The notes beneath the pieces are model-generated. The model did no database searches. It saw nothing but the letters and a program-made list of their open reading frames with translations, and had not been told where the DNA came from. Of a stretch of DNA of 64,000 bases, positions 43,653 through 51,798 are shown piece by piece. The translations under genes were made by a program, and so were the position numbers. How positions within the stretch are numbered: the first letter of the stretch is position 1; each line of letters begins with the position of its first letter. The stretch covers positions 704,146 to 768,145 of the forward strand of contig CAVYQE010000001.1 in the NCBI GenBank assembly GCA_963770565.1. Reading direction: 5' to 3'. This DNA is from an uncultured Actinomycetota bacterium (GTDB lineage Bacteria > Actinomycetota > Actinomycetes > JAFAQI01).

Positions 43653-46649
43653 TCACACCCGGCGAACCAGCCGGTCGAGGTCGAGGAGGGCGGCCGGCGG
43701 CGCCAGGTTGAGCTCCTCGAGGACGCTGCGAGCCCGATCGACGTACGACCGCGCTGCCCCCCGCCGACCTTGGCTGAGCAGGTGTTGCGCCACCTCGAGG
43801 TATCGCTCCTCTTCGTACGGCGCGATGTCCGTGGCCCGCACGAGGCAGCGGACTGCCTCGTCGACGTCGCCGACTCCGGCAGCGGAGTCGGCGCACAGGT
43901 CGAGCAGGGACAGCGCGTGCCGGCGAAGGCGTTCCCGCGGCATGATCGTCCACTGCTCGTAGGCGTCGTCCGGGAGCAGATCGCCGCGGTAGACCGCGAG
44001 CGCGCTTCGTGCCACCGACAACGCCTCGGGGGAGCGGGTCGCCGCCAACGCCTCGGCCCGACGGGCGTCGGTCTCGAACCGGTGGGCGTCGGTGTGCACG
44101 TGCGGCGCCAGCCGCAGCGCCCGCTCGTCGCGGACCACGAGCTCCGACGCCGACTCGCGCAACCGGTTCAGCACGGTTCGCAGCCGGTTTGCGCCGACGT
44201 CCGGATCGATCTCCGGCCATAGGTGCTCGATCACCTGCTCGGCGAGCATCGTGCCGCCGGCGCTCGCGATCAGCTTGAGCAGCTGCCGTCCTTGCCCGGC
44301 CGGAATGTCGATCACATGGCCGGCCTGGGTGATCTCGAACCGGCCGAGCATCGACACCACCACCGGGAACGCGCTCAGGTCGAGATCGATCGCGGTGAGC
44401 CCGCCGTTGCTCGCGCTCAGCGCCAACAGGTGCTCGGCGATCGTGCGTTCCTGGATCAGCGGCAGGTGCGGATGTCCGAGCCGCGCGGCCTGCGCAAACG
44501 CCTCGGCGGCAAGGACCGCCGCGTTCGAGTCGCCGCGCCGGGACGCAGCCATCGCCCGGAGCAGCGTGGCGTGCCAGAGCTCGCGGGGCTCGAACCACGG
44601 CTTGCCCTGCAGCGCCAGTAGATGCCGCTCCGCCTCCTCGGGATCTCCACTCCGGGCCGCCAACGCGGCCTCCGCCCGGGTGAGCGCGGGCTCGTCGGGC
44701 GGCATCTCCTTCGCGCGGGCCAGATAGTCATGCGCCAGCTCGGTGAGTCCGACCCGGTCGAGGAAGTTCGCAGCGTCAGAAAGGAACCAGCACCCCGACT
44801 GGTCGAACCAGTCCGTTGCATCCGCTTCGACCGCCTTGATCGCGGCCAGGGTCGCGTCGGGGTCGCCCTGCTGTGAGGCCCGCCGGGCGTAGTTCCACTG
44901 GACGTATGCCCGCAGTCGCAGATCGCGAGTCGTGTCCGCGATCGCCTGGGCCTCCACCTGGTTGTCCGCGGACTCCTCGTAGCGCCCGATCGTGTCGAGG
45001 ACCTCGGAACGGAAGGTGAGGATGGTGCCGCGCGTGTAACGGTTGTGGACCGCGAGGGTCAGCGCCTCGTCCATGCAGCGGATCGACTCGTCGTACGCGC
45101 CACGGGCCGCGTGCACCCACATCGCGAGCGGGATCATCAGGTGGGCCAGCCAGGTCCACTGCTCGTGCGCACGGTAGGTACGGGCGGCGAGCAGGATCCG
45201 CTCCTCGGCGTACCCGAGATGGACGTCGTCCTTCTGCATCGTCGTCGCCCACCCGAGCACCTCCAGGAACCGGGCCCGGGTGAGGTCCTCACCGAGCCCG
45301 GTCTGGGCGAGCAACTCACCGGCGACCGCGTCCGCCTCGTTGTGCCGCTCGGCCCAGAACAGGTCGCGGGCCTCCTCGGCCTTGAGTTCGCGGAAGAGCT
45401 TCGGCTCGCGGGTCGGGTCGATGAGGCGCCCGGCTCGCTCGCTCGTCGTCGCGCGCAACCGGGTGACCGCGCCGGGCTCGCAGGCCCGGACCAGGTGGAT
45501 GAGCAGGCGAGGGTGTTTGGCGACGATGTCGTCCGGCAGCCGGTCGGCCAGACCGGCGAACTCGGCCAGGTCCAGCGCCTCCGACTGTTGAGGGGTCAGG
45601 CCGGCAAGCAGCTCCGCGGCGGCCTCGCCCTGGTCGTGGCCGATCAACAGCTCGCAGCCGAGCGCGATCTCGCCACGTGCCACGTAGGCGTTGGCGCCGC
45701 GCCGCAATGTCTCGATCTCGACCGGAGCGCTGGCCATCAGCAGGTCGCGGACCGGGCCGATCAGCGCCGACCAGCCGCCGGGCGCGTTCGACAACGGCAG
45801 CCCGGCCGACCGGGCGGACACCAGCAGGTCGTCCAGGCCGGTCGCCGCGGCGACCAGATCGTCGTCCAGCAATGGCAGGTGGGAGGCCTGCCGAAGTGCG
45901 TTCTGCTCCTGGTCCGACAGGCGATTCAGGATGTCGTCGACCAGTGCCGAGAGCACCGCCGGTCCCGATCGTGCGTCGCGTCCCGACACGGTCAGCTCGG
46001 TGTCGTCGGTGTCCGAGCCGGTGGCGAAGAGCACGACCGCAGCAAGCCAACCGCCGGTCGACTTACCGAGCTCACCCAACTGGTCGGGCGACAGGCTCAG
46101 GCCGAAGCCGCTCGTACACAGCTGGGCCAGCTCGTCGTCGGTGAGCGCGAGCTCGGCGGTGCCGAGTACGACGGTCCGGTCGGCCTCCACCAAGGCATCC
46201 AGGCCGGCCGGCACGTGCCGCCCGATCAACAGCAGGCGCTGCGCGTCGCCGAGCCGGTCAGCGGTCGCGACGAGAAGATCGACGGCATCCGGACGGACGT
46301 TGTGGACCTCGTCCACCACCAGCAAAACCGGCTGGCCTTCGAGGGCCGCGAACATCGCGTCGAGCCGCCGGGCCGGTTCGTATCGCGCCGCCTGCTCCAT
46401 CCGGGCGGCGACATCGGACAGGCCGAGCATCGCGACCGCCGACCGCAGGCGGACCAGCAACAGGTCGGCCGACACGTCGAGCTGATCGAGCACCGCGGTG
46501 ATCGTCGGCACCCCGAGTACGTCGCTCAGCTCGGTCGAGAGCAGGGACTTGCCGTATCCGCCCCCACCCGCGATCACGCCGACCGACGCACCGCGCAAGG
46601 CGTCGGTGAGTCTGGGCCTCGGCACGTGGTACCGAGGAAGCTGGCTCAC
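43653..46649 (-). CDS. STAND-class regulator: N-terminal P-loop NTPase, central TPR-like repeats, C-terminal OmpR-type wHTH + BTAD (SARP-like) module
   Basis: Walker A GGGGYGKS and Walker B LLVVDEVH near the N-terminus. Long helical-repeat middle. C-terminal …LGRFEITQAGHVIDIPAGQGRQLLKLIASAGGTMLAEQVIEHLWPE…ANRLRTVLNRLR (trans_reg_C), followed by a BTAD-type helical domain (…LAVYRGDLLPD…). A GGAGG RBS precedes the GTG. Confidence 0.75.
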   Translation of the reverse strand: MSQLPRYHVPRPRLTDALRGASVGVIAGGGGYGKSLLSTELSDVLGVPTITAVLDQLDVSADLLLVRLRSAVAMLGLSDVAARMEQAARYEPARRLDAMFAALEGQPVLLVVDEVHNVRPDAVDLLVATADRLGDAQRLLLIGRHVPAGLDALVEADRTVVLGTAELALTDDELAQLCTSGFGLSLSPDQLGELGKSTGGWLAAVVLFATGSDTDDTELTVSGRDARSGPAVLSALVDDILNRLSDQEQNALRQASHLPLLDDDLVAAATGLDDLLVSARSAGLPLSNAPGGWSALIGPVRDLLMASAPVEIETLRRGANAYVARGEIALGCELLIGHDQGEAAAELLAGLTPQQSEALDLAEFAGLADRLPDDIVAKHPRLLIHLVRACEPGAVTRLRATTSERAGRLIDPTREPKLFRELKAEEARDLFWAERHNEADAVAGELLAQTGLGEDLTRARFLEVLGWATTMQKDDVHLGYAEERILLAARTYRAHEQWTWLAHLMIPLAMWVHAARGAYDESIRCMDEALTLAVHNRYTRGTILTFRSEVLDTIGRYEESADNQVEAQAIADTTRDLRLRAYVQWNYARRASQQGDPDATLAAIKAVEADATDWFDQSGCWFLSDAANFLDRVGLTELAHDYLARAKEMPPDEPALTRAEAALAARSGDPEEAERHLLALQGKPWFEPRELWHATLLRAMAASRRGDSNAAVLAAEAFAQAARLGHPHLPLIQERTIAEHLLALSASNGGLTAIDLDLSAFPVVVSMLGRFEITQAGHVIDIPAGQGRQLLKLIASAGGTMLAEQVIEHLWPEIDPDVGANRLRTVLNRLRESASELVVRDERALRLAPHVHTDAHRFETDARRAEALAATRSPEALSVARSALAVYRGDLLPDDAYEQWTIMPRERLRRHALSLLDLCADSAAGVGDVDEAVRCLVRATDIAPYEEERYLEVAQHLLSQGRRGAARSYVDRARSVLEELNLAPPAALLDLDRLVRRV

Positions 46650-46773
46650 TACCCCTCCAACGCCGTCAGTGAACGCCCCGTCACATCATCGCGAATCGAC
46701 GAAGCCGGTGTCAGGCCGGCTGGCGAACCGAGCAGAGCCTCGACCCGGGGCACTAGTCCGGCGGGGTGCGACG

Positions 46774-47301
46774 ATGGAGGCCGGTCCGACTCGAGGAGTG
46801 CTGGCTGTGTCCGTCTACGAGATCCCTCTCACCACGATCGACGGCAAGCCGGCGACGCTGGCCGAGCACGCCGGCGAGGTCCTGCTCGCGGTCAATGTGG
46901 CGTCGAAATGCGGCTTCACCCCGCAGTACGCCGCGTTGCAGCAGCTGCACGAGACCTACGCGGATCGTGGCTTCTCGGTGCTCGGCTTTCCCTGCAACCA
47001 GTTCCTGTTCCAGGAGAGCGGCTCGGAGTCGCAGATCGCGCAGTTCTGCAGCGTCACGTACGGGGTGTCGTTCCCGATGTTCGCCAAGGTCAAGGTTCGC
47101 GGCCGCGGCCAGCATCCGCTGTTCGGTGAGTTGACCAAGGCGGCCGACCCGAGTGGATCGGCCGGCGGTGTCAAGTGGAACTTCGAGAAGTTCCTGATCA
47201 ACCGGCAGGGCGAGGTCGTCGGCCGGTTCCGGTCGAAGGTGACGCCGGACGACCCGGCCGTGGTCAGCGCGATCGAAGCCGCGCTGGACGCGCCCGCTTA
47301 G
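46774..47301 (+). CDS. glutathione peroxidase / thiol peroxidase (Gpx/BtuE family)
   Basis: …LLAVNVASKCGFTPQY…LGFPCNQF…WNFEKFL…: the catalytic Cys (as in VASKCG) and the Gpx signature motifs. Confidence 0.85.
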   Translation: MEAGPTRGVLAVSVYEIPLTTIDGKPATLAEHAGEVLLAVNVASKCGFTPQYAALQQLHETYADRGFSVLGFPCNQFLFQESGSESQIAQFCSVTYGVSFPMFAKVKVRGRGQHPLFGELTKAADPSGSAGGVKWNFEKFLINRQGEVVGRFRSKVTPDDPAVVSAIEAALDAPA

Positions 47302-48146
47302 AGGTCGCTGCGCCGGAACGCCCAGACCGCGAGCGCTGCACAGCCGCATAGGTAGAACAGCGTGTAGATCCAGAGCCCGATGCCGCCCCCTTGTGCCCCG
47401 CCGAGCGGTCCGAGCTGCACGAGCTGGCCCAACGACCCGCCCGGCGAAAGCCGTTGGAGAGCATCGCGGTAGAGCGCCTCGAACGGCAGCAGGTAGGACA
47501 CCGTGTTCGCGATGTCACTCAGAGTGTTTGCCGAGAACGCCCGAGCGATTTCGCCGAGCAGACCCGCGATCAGACCCGCGCCGTACGCCATGAGCACGCT
47601 GATCCCGGTCGCGACCGTGGACAGCAGCGACGACACGAGCAGGGTGAGCATCGTCACGACGAGGACCGCGACGATCAGCGGCGGGATCACGGTCCAGGCT
47701 TTGGGCGGCAGGCTCGAGAACAGCGCCCGGGTGGTGAGCGTGGCCGCCCCGGAGACCACCAGCACGAAGCCGCCCGAGACCGTCATCGCGGCAAGTGCGC
47801 GCCCGGCCAGGTAGACGCCGCGACCGACCGGCCGCACCACAAGTGGCTGCACGAGCCCTCGATCGACGTCGCCCTTGACCGCACCGGCGGCCAGGAAGAC
47901 TGCCAGCACACTGCCGAGGAACAACGTGCCGAACGACGCGAGGCCTAGCAGGGTGGCCGGCACGAGCGGCTCGAGCTGCCCACCTCGCTTGAACTGCGCC
48001 AGACCCTCGAGGTGGTGGCGCAGGGTGATGCAGCCGACCAGGTAAAGGGCGCCGCTCGCGATGGTCAGGACGCCGACGACGGTGAGCACCCGTCGACGGA
48101 CCGCCTCCTGCAGCGCGAGTCGGGCAATCACCAGGGTGTCGTTCAT
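47298..48146 (-). CDS. ABC-2 type transporter permease (6 TM)
   Basis: 282-aa hydrophobic protein. Its start overlaps the stop of the upstream ABC ATPase. Confidence 0.7.
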   Translation of the reverse strand: MNDTLVIARLALQEAVRRRVLTVVGVLTIASGALYLVGCITLRHHLEGLAQFKRGGQLEPLVPATLLGLASFGTLFLGSVLAVFLAAGAVKGDVDRGLVQPLVVRPVGRGVYLAGRALAAMTVSGGFVLVVSGAATLTTRALFSSLPPKAWTVIPPLIVAVLVVTMLTLLVSSLLSTVATGISVLMAYGAGLIAGLLGEIARAFSANTLSDIANTVSYLLPFEALYRDALQRLSPGGSLGQLVQLGPLGGAQGGGIGLWIYTLFYLCGCAALAVWAFRRSDL

Positions 48147-49018
48147 CGGTGCGACTCCCGGTCGCCGACCAGCTCGAGGTAGAGGTCCTCCAACGTCGAG
48201 CGGTGCGGGATCACGGCGTACACCCGCCGTCCATCGGCCACCAGACCGGAGACGAGAGCCGGAATCGTGTCGCGCGGGACGTGGGGATGCTCGACCCGGC
48301 CCTGATCGGTCTCGATCGTCACGCCGTGGCCGGCGGTCAGGTCCGAGATCGCGCCGGCCGCGACGACCCGGCCGGCGTCGATGAGGACGACCCGGTCGGC
48401 CAGCTGCTCGACCTCGCCGAGCAGGTGCGTGTTGAGAAGTACGGCGGTCCCGCGGTCCCGTGCGCGGGCGAGCACCTCACGCACGGTGTGCCGCCCGGCC
48501 GGGTCGAGCGCAGACGTCGGCTCGTCGAGAAGCAGAACCTCGGGATCGCCGACCATCGCCTGCGCGAGGCCCAGGCGCTGTTGCATGCCCTTGCTCATCG
48601 CCTCGACCCGGGTCGAACCGGCCTGCGACAGCCCGACCTCGGCGAGCAGCCGGCTCCGCTCATCGGCGTCGCCACCCGCGGTCGGCCGCCGGGCCAGCCG
48701 CTGGTGGGTGACCAGCACCTCCTGGGCGGTCGCCCAGCCGGGGAACCGGAAGAGCTCGGCGAGGTAGCCGACCTTCGACCGGGCCACGCTCGATCCGGCC
48801 GGTGCGCCCGCGATCGACGCGGACCCGCCGTCGGCCCGCACCAGCCCGCACAGCACCTTGGTCAACGTGGACTTGCCCGCGCCGTTGGGGCCGAGCAGGC
48901 CGACCACCTCGCCGGCTGCCACGTCGATGTCGACGCCCCTGAGCGCGACCGATCGTTTGTACGACTTGGTCAACCCGGCCGCGTGCACCACCGGCCCGGC
49001 GAAAGCTGGTGCGGTCAC
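48143..49018 (-). CDS. ABC transporter ATP-binding protein
   Basis: Walker A GPNGAGKST, signature MSKGMQQRL and Walker B LLLDEPTSALD. Directly abuts the UPF0182 stop. Confidence 0.85.
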   Translation of the reverse strand: MTAPAFAGPVVHAAGLTKSYKRSVALRGVDIDVAAGEVVGLLGPNGAGKSTLTKVLCGLVRADGGSASIAGAPAGSSVARSKVGYLAELFRFPGWATAQEVLVTHQRLARRPTAGGDADERSRLLAEVGLSQAGSTRVEAMSKGMQQRLGLAQAMVGDPEVLLLDEPTSALDPAGRHTVREVLARARDRGTAVLLNTHLLGEVEQLADRVVLIDAGRVVAAGAISDLTAGHGVTIETDQGRVEHPHVPRDTIPALVSGLVADGRRVYAVIPHRSTLEDLYLELVGDRESHR

Positions 49019-51739
49019 CTAGGAAACCGGTACGCCGAGGGCTTGGCTCAAGGCGGCCGACAGGGACGACTTGAACGCCGGTGTGCCATTGCCGTAGACC
49101 GCGATGACGTGCCGCAGGATCGGGAAGTTGTTGCTCCCACTGGCCTGGGTGTAGACCGGCTCGACGTACAGCATCTGACCACCGAGCGGGATGGTCATCA
49201 GGTTGCCCAGCACGACCTTCGAGTTTCCGCCGCGCTCCAAGGTGAGGGCCCGGGTGATGTCGGGCGTCGACTCGATGTCGTTCTGGATCTGCGACGGGCT
49301 CTCGACCGGGACGCCGGTGGTGGGCAGTTCGAGCAGGGTCATGGTGCCGTAACCGGGTCCGGGTTGGGAGTTCACGGTCAACACCGCCGCGAGGTTGCGG
49401 CTGTTCAACGTCACCATCGGTGTGGAGAGCGAAAACACCGGCGCGGAGTCGCCGTCCGGCGACATCGTCATGTACGTCGACGCGATCGACGGCGCGCTGA
49501 CCGTGACCTTCTTGCCGATCGAGTTGAGCCGGCTGGTCGCGGCGACGGTCGGGTCGTTCGGGATCGTCCAGAAGTCGCTTCCGGCGTAGAACGCGCTTGC
49601 GTTGGTCACGTGATAGCGGGTCAGCAGACTGCGCTGCACGTTGAACAGGTCCTGCGGATACCGGAGGTGCGGCACCAGTGCGGCCGGGAGCTGCGACTGC
49701 GGTTGGATCAGACCGGGGAACGCCTTCTCCCAGGTCGTCAGGACGGGGTCCGGAGTCTTCGTCGGGTCCCAGGCGTACAGCGTCACCTTGCCGCTGTACG
49801 CGTCGACCGTTGCCTTGACCGAGTTGCGCATGTAGTTGATCGACGTACTCGGTTGCGTGACCGTCGAACCGTTCTGGCTCAGCGTGCTTGTCGTTGCGCT
49901 GCGCAGGCTGATCTGCTGGGAGTTGGGATAGTTGTTCGACGTCGTGTAGCCGTCGACAACCCAGAGGATCCGGCCGTTGACGACGGTCGGGTAGACGTCG
50001 CCGTCGAGGGTCAGCCAGGGCGCGACCGCGGCGACTCGCGAGCGCGGGTTGCGGATCGTCAGCAGCTGCGAGGCGCGGTTGATCTCGCTGGAGAACAGCA
50101 GGCTGGGACTGCGGTACTTGTAGGCGTAGACGAACCGATTGAGCAACCCTCCGATCGGGATCCCGCCACCGCCGGTGTGGGTGTAGTCGACCTGCTGACC
50201 CGAACCGCTCGAACCCGGCCGGTCGAACTCGAGGTTCTTCGTGCTGCCGGCCGGTTGCCCGACGATGGAGTACGTCGGAGACATCTGGCCGTAGTAGATC
50301 CGGGGCTGAGCGATCGGGATCGGGCCTTGCGGCGGGAGGTTGCTCTCCACGAAGGTCGGCAGCCCACTCTTGGTGAAGGTGTCGGTCGGCGCGGCCACCA
50401 CGCCGTACCCGTGGGTGTAGACGAGGTGGGTGTTGGTCCAGGTCGACCGCGAACTCGGCAACCCGCTGAGGGTGAGCTCACGGACGGCGAGCGCGAGATC
50501 CTGCGTCGAGCCGTCGATCGGGTAGCGATCGATGTCCAGCGTCGACTTGAAGCCGTAGTAGCTCTGCACCTGCTGCTTGACGTTGAAGGTCGGCGACAGC
50601 TGGTTGGGATCGAGCACCCGGATCTGCGCGTCGTCCTGCGCCTGGGCCTGCAGCGCCTCGCCGGTCAACGGCGCCTGCGCGCCCGGATACTGCGTGTCGT
50701 CGACCGAGGTCGACAGACCGAACGCCGCCCGGGTGCTCACCAGGTTGCGGGCGATGTAGGGGAGCTCAAGGGTCGAGGCGCTCGGCTTCTCCCGGAACTG
50801 CTGCACGATCGCAGGCCAGGCGAATCCGAAGACCAGCGCGCCGAACGCCATCAGCCCGACGCTGTAGAGCATCAGTCGCGGCGTGCGGACGAAGACGTTC
50901 GCGAACATGATCGCCGCGCAGATCAGCGCGAGGATCACCAGGACGAACTTCCCCGGGATTGCGGCATGCACATCGGTGTACGCCGGCCCAGTAACCACGC
51001 CGCGGTTCGACGTCACGAGGGCGTAGCGGTCGAGCCAGTATGCGAAGGCCTTCAGGACGAGGTACGCGCCCAACAGCAGCGAGAGCTGTGCCCGCACGGC
51101 ACGCGTCATCCGCGGGCCGGTGCCGCGCAGCCGCACCCCGCCGTACATGTAGGCGGTGATCAAGACGACGACGATCGAGGTCGCGACGATCCTGAAGAGC
51201 AGGGTCAGCACGACGCGGTGCATCGGATAGACGAACAGGTAGTAGGAGACATCGCGATGGAACTGGGGATCCCGCTGGCCGAATGACGTCGCGTATCGCC
51301 ACTGCAGCCACAGCTGCCAGTTGCTCGCCGCCCGCGCGCCCATCTTGACGGCGAAGTAGGCGACGACGATGGCGAACAACCACCATCGGAGCCGGCGCTC
51401 CGAGCGCATGAAGAGGAAGCGCCAGCGCTGCTTCGCCGGGTCCGGGCGGTAGGCCTTCGGGCGGTGCCGGAAGAACAGGATCAGGTTGCCGGCGATCGCA
51501 CCGGCCATCAGGACCCCGAAGATCGCGAACAGCAACGCCTCGGTCCAGAACGTCCGGGTATAAACCGACTCGTGCTGGACGGCGCGAAACCACAGCAGGT
51601 TGGCGTCGATGCCGACGAATGCACCCAGCAGGTAACGCAGCACGTAGAGGACGCCGAGCGCGATGACTAGCGCAAGAAGTGCCCGTCGCACTCGTGGGAA
51701 CGCGCGCCCCCGTGGAGCGTCAGCCGTCGGCGAGGACAC
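49019..51739 (-). CDS. UPF0182-family large membrane protein (~906 aa)
   Basis: N-terminal block of ~7 TM helices (…LLALVIALGVLYVLRYLLGAFVG…), then a large Ser/Thr/Tyr/Gly-rich extracytoplasmic region. The size and architecture match the actinobacterial UPF0182 proteins (e.g. the Rv3193c type). Confidence 0.7.
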   Translation of the reverse strand: MSSPTADAPRGRAFPRVRRALLALVIALGVLYVLRYLLGAFVGIDANLLWFRAVQHESVYTRTFWTEALLFAIFGVLMAGAIAGNLILFFRHRPKAYRPDPAKQRWRFLFMRSERRLRWWLFAIVVAYFAVKMGARAASNWQLWLQWRYATSFGQRDPQFHRDVSYYLFVYPMHRVVLTLLFRIVATSIVVVLITAYMYGGVRLRGTGPRMTRAVRAQLSLLLGAYLVLKAFAYWLDRYALVTSNRGVVTGPAYTDVHAAIPGKFVLVILALICAAIMFANVFVRTPRLMLYSVGLMAFGALVFGFAWPAIVQQFREKPSASTLELPYIARNLVSTRAAFGLSTSVDDTQYPGAQAPLTGEALQAQAQDDAQIRVLDPNQLSPTFNVKQQVQSYYGFKSTLDIDRYPIDGSTQDLALAVRELTLSGLPSSRSTWTNTHLVYTHGYGVVAAPTDTFTKSGLPTFVESNLPPQGPIPIAQPRIYYGQMSPTYSIVGQPAGSTKNLEFDRPGSSGSGQQVDYTHTGGGGIPIGGLLNRFVYAYKYRSPSLLFSSEINRASQLLTIRNPRSRVAAVAPWLTLDGDVYPTVVNGRILWVVDGYTTSNNYPNSQQISLRSATTSTLSQNGSTVTQPSTSINYMRNSVKATVDAYSGKVTLYAWDPTKTPDPVLTTWEKAFPGLIQPQSQLPAALVPHLRYPQDLFNVQRSLLTRYHVTNASAFYAGSDFWTIPNDPTVAATSRLNSIGKKVTVSAPSIASTYMTMSPDGDSAPVFSLSTPMVTLNSRNLAAVLTVNSQPGPGYGTMTLLELPTTGVPVESPSQIQNDIESTPDITRALTLERGGNSKVVLGNLMTIPLGGQMLYVEPVYTQASGSNNFPILRHVIAVYGNGTPAFKSSLSAALSQALGVPVS

Positions 51740-51798
51740 CGGCCAACGTTATCAACGCCTTGCTAGTGGTGCGTTTGACGCTCCACGGGTCGCTGACT

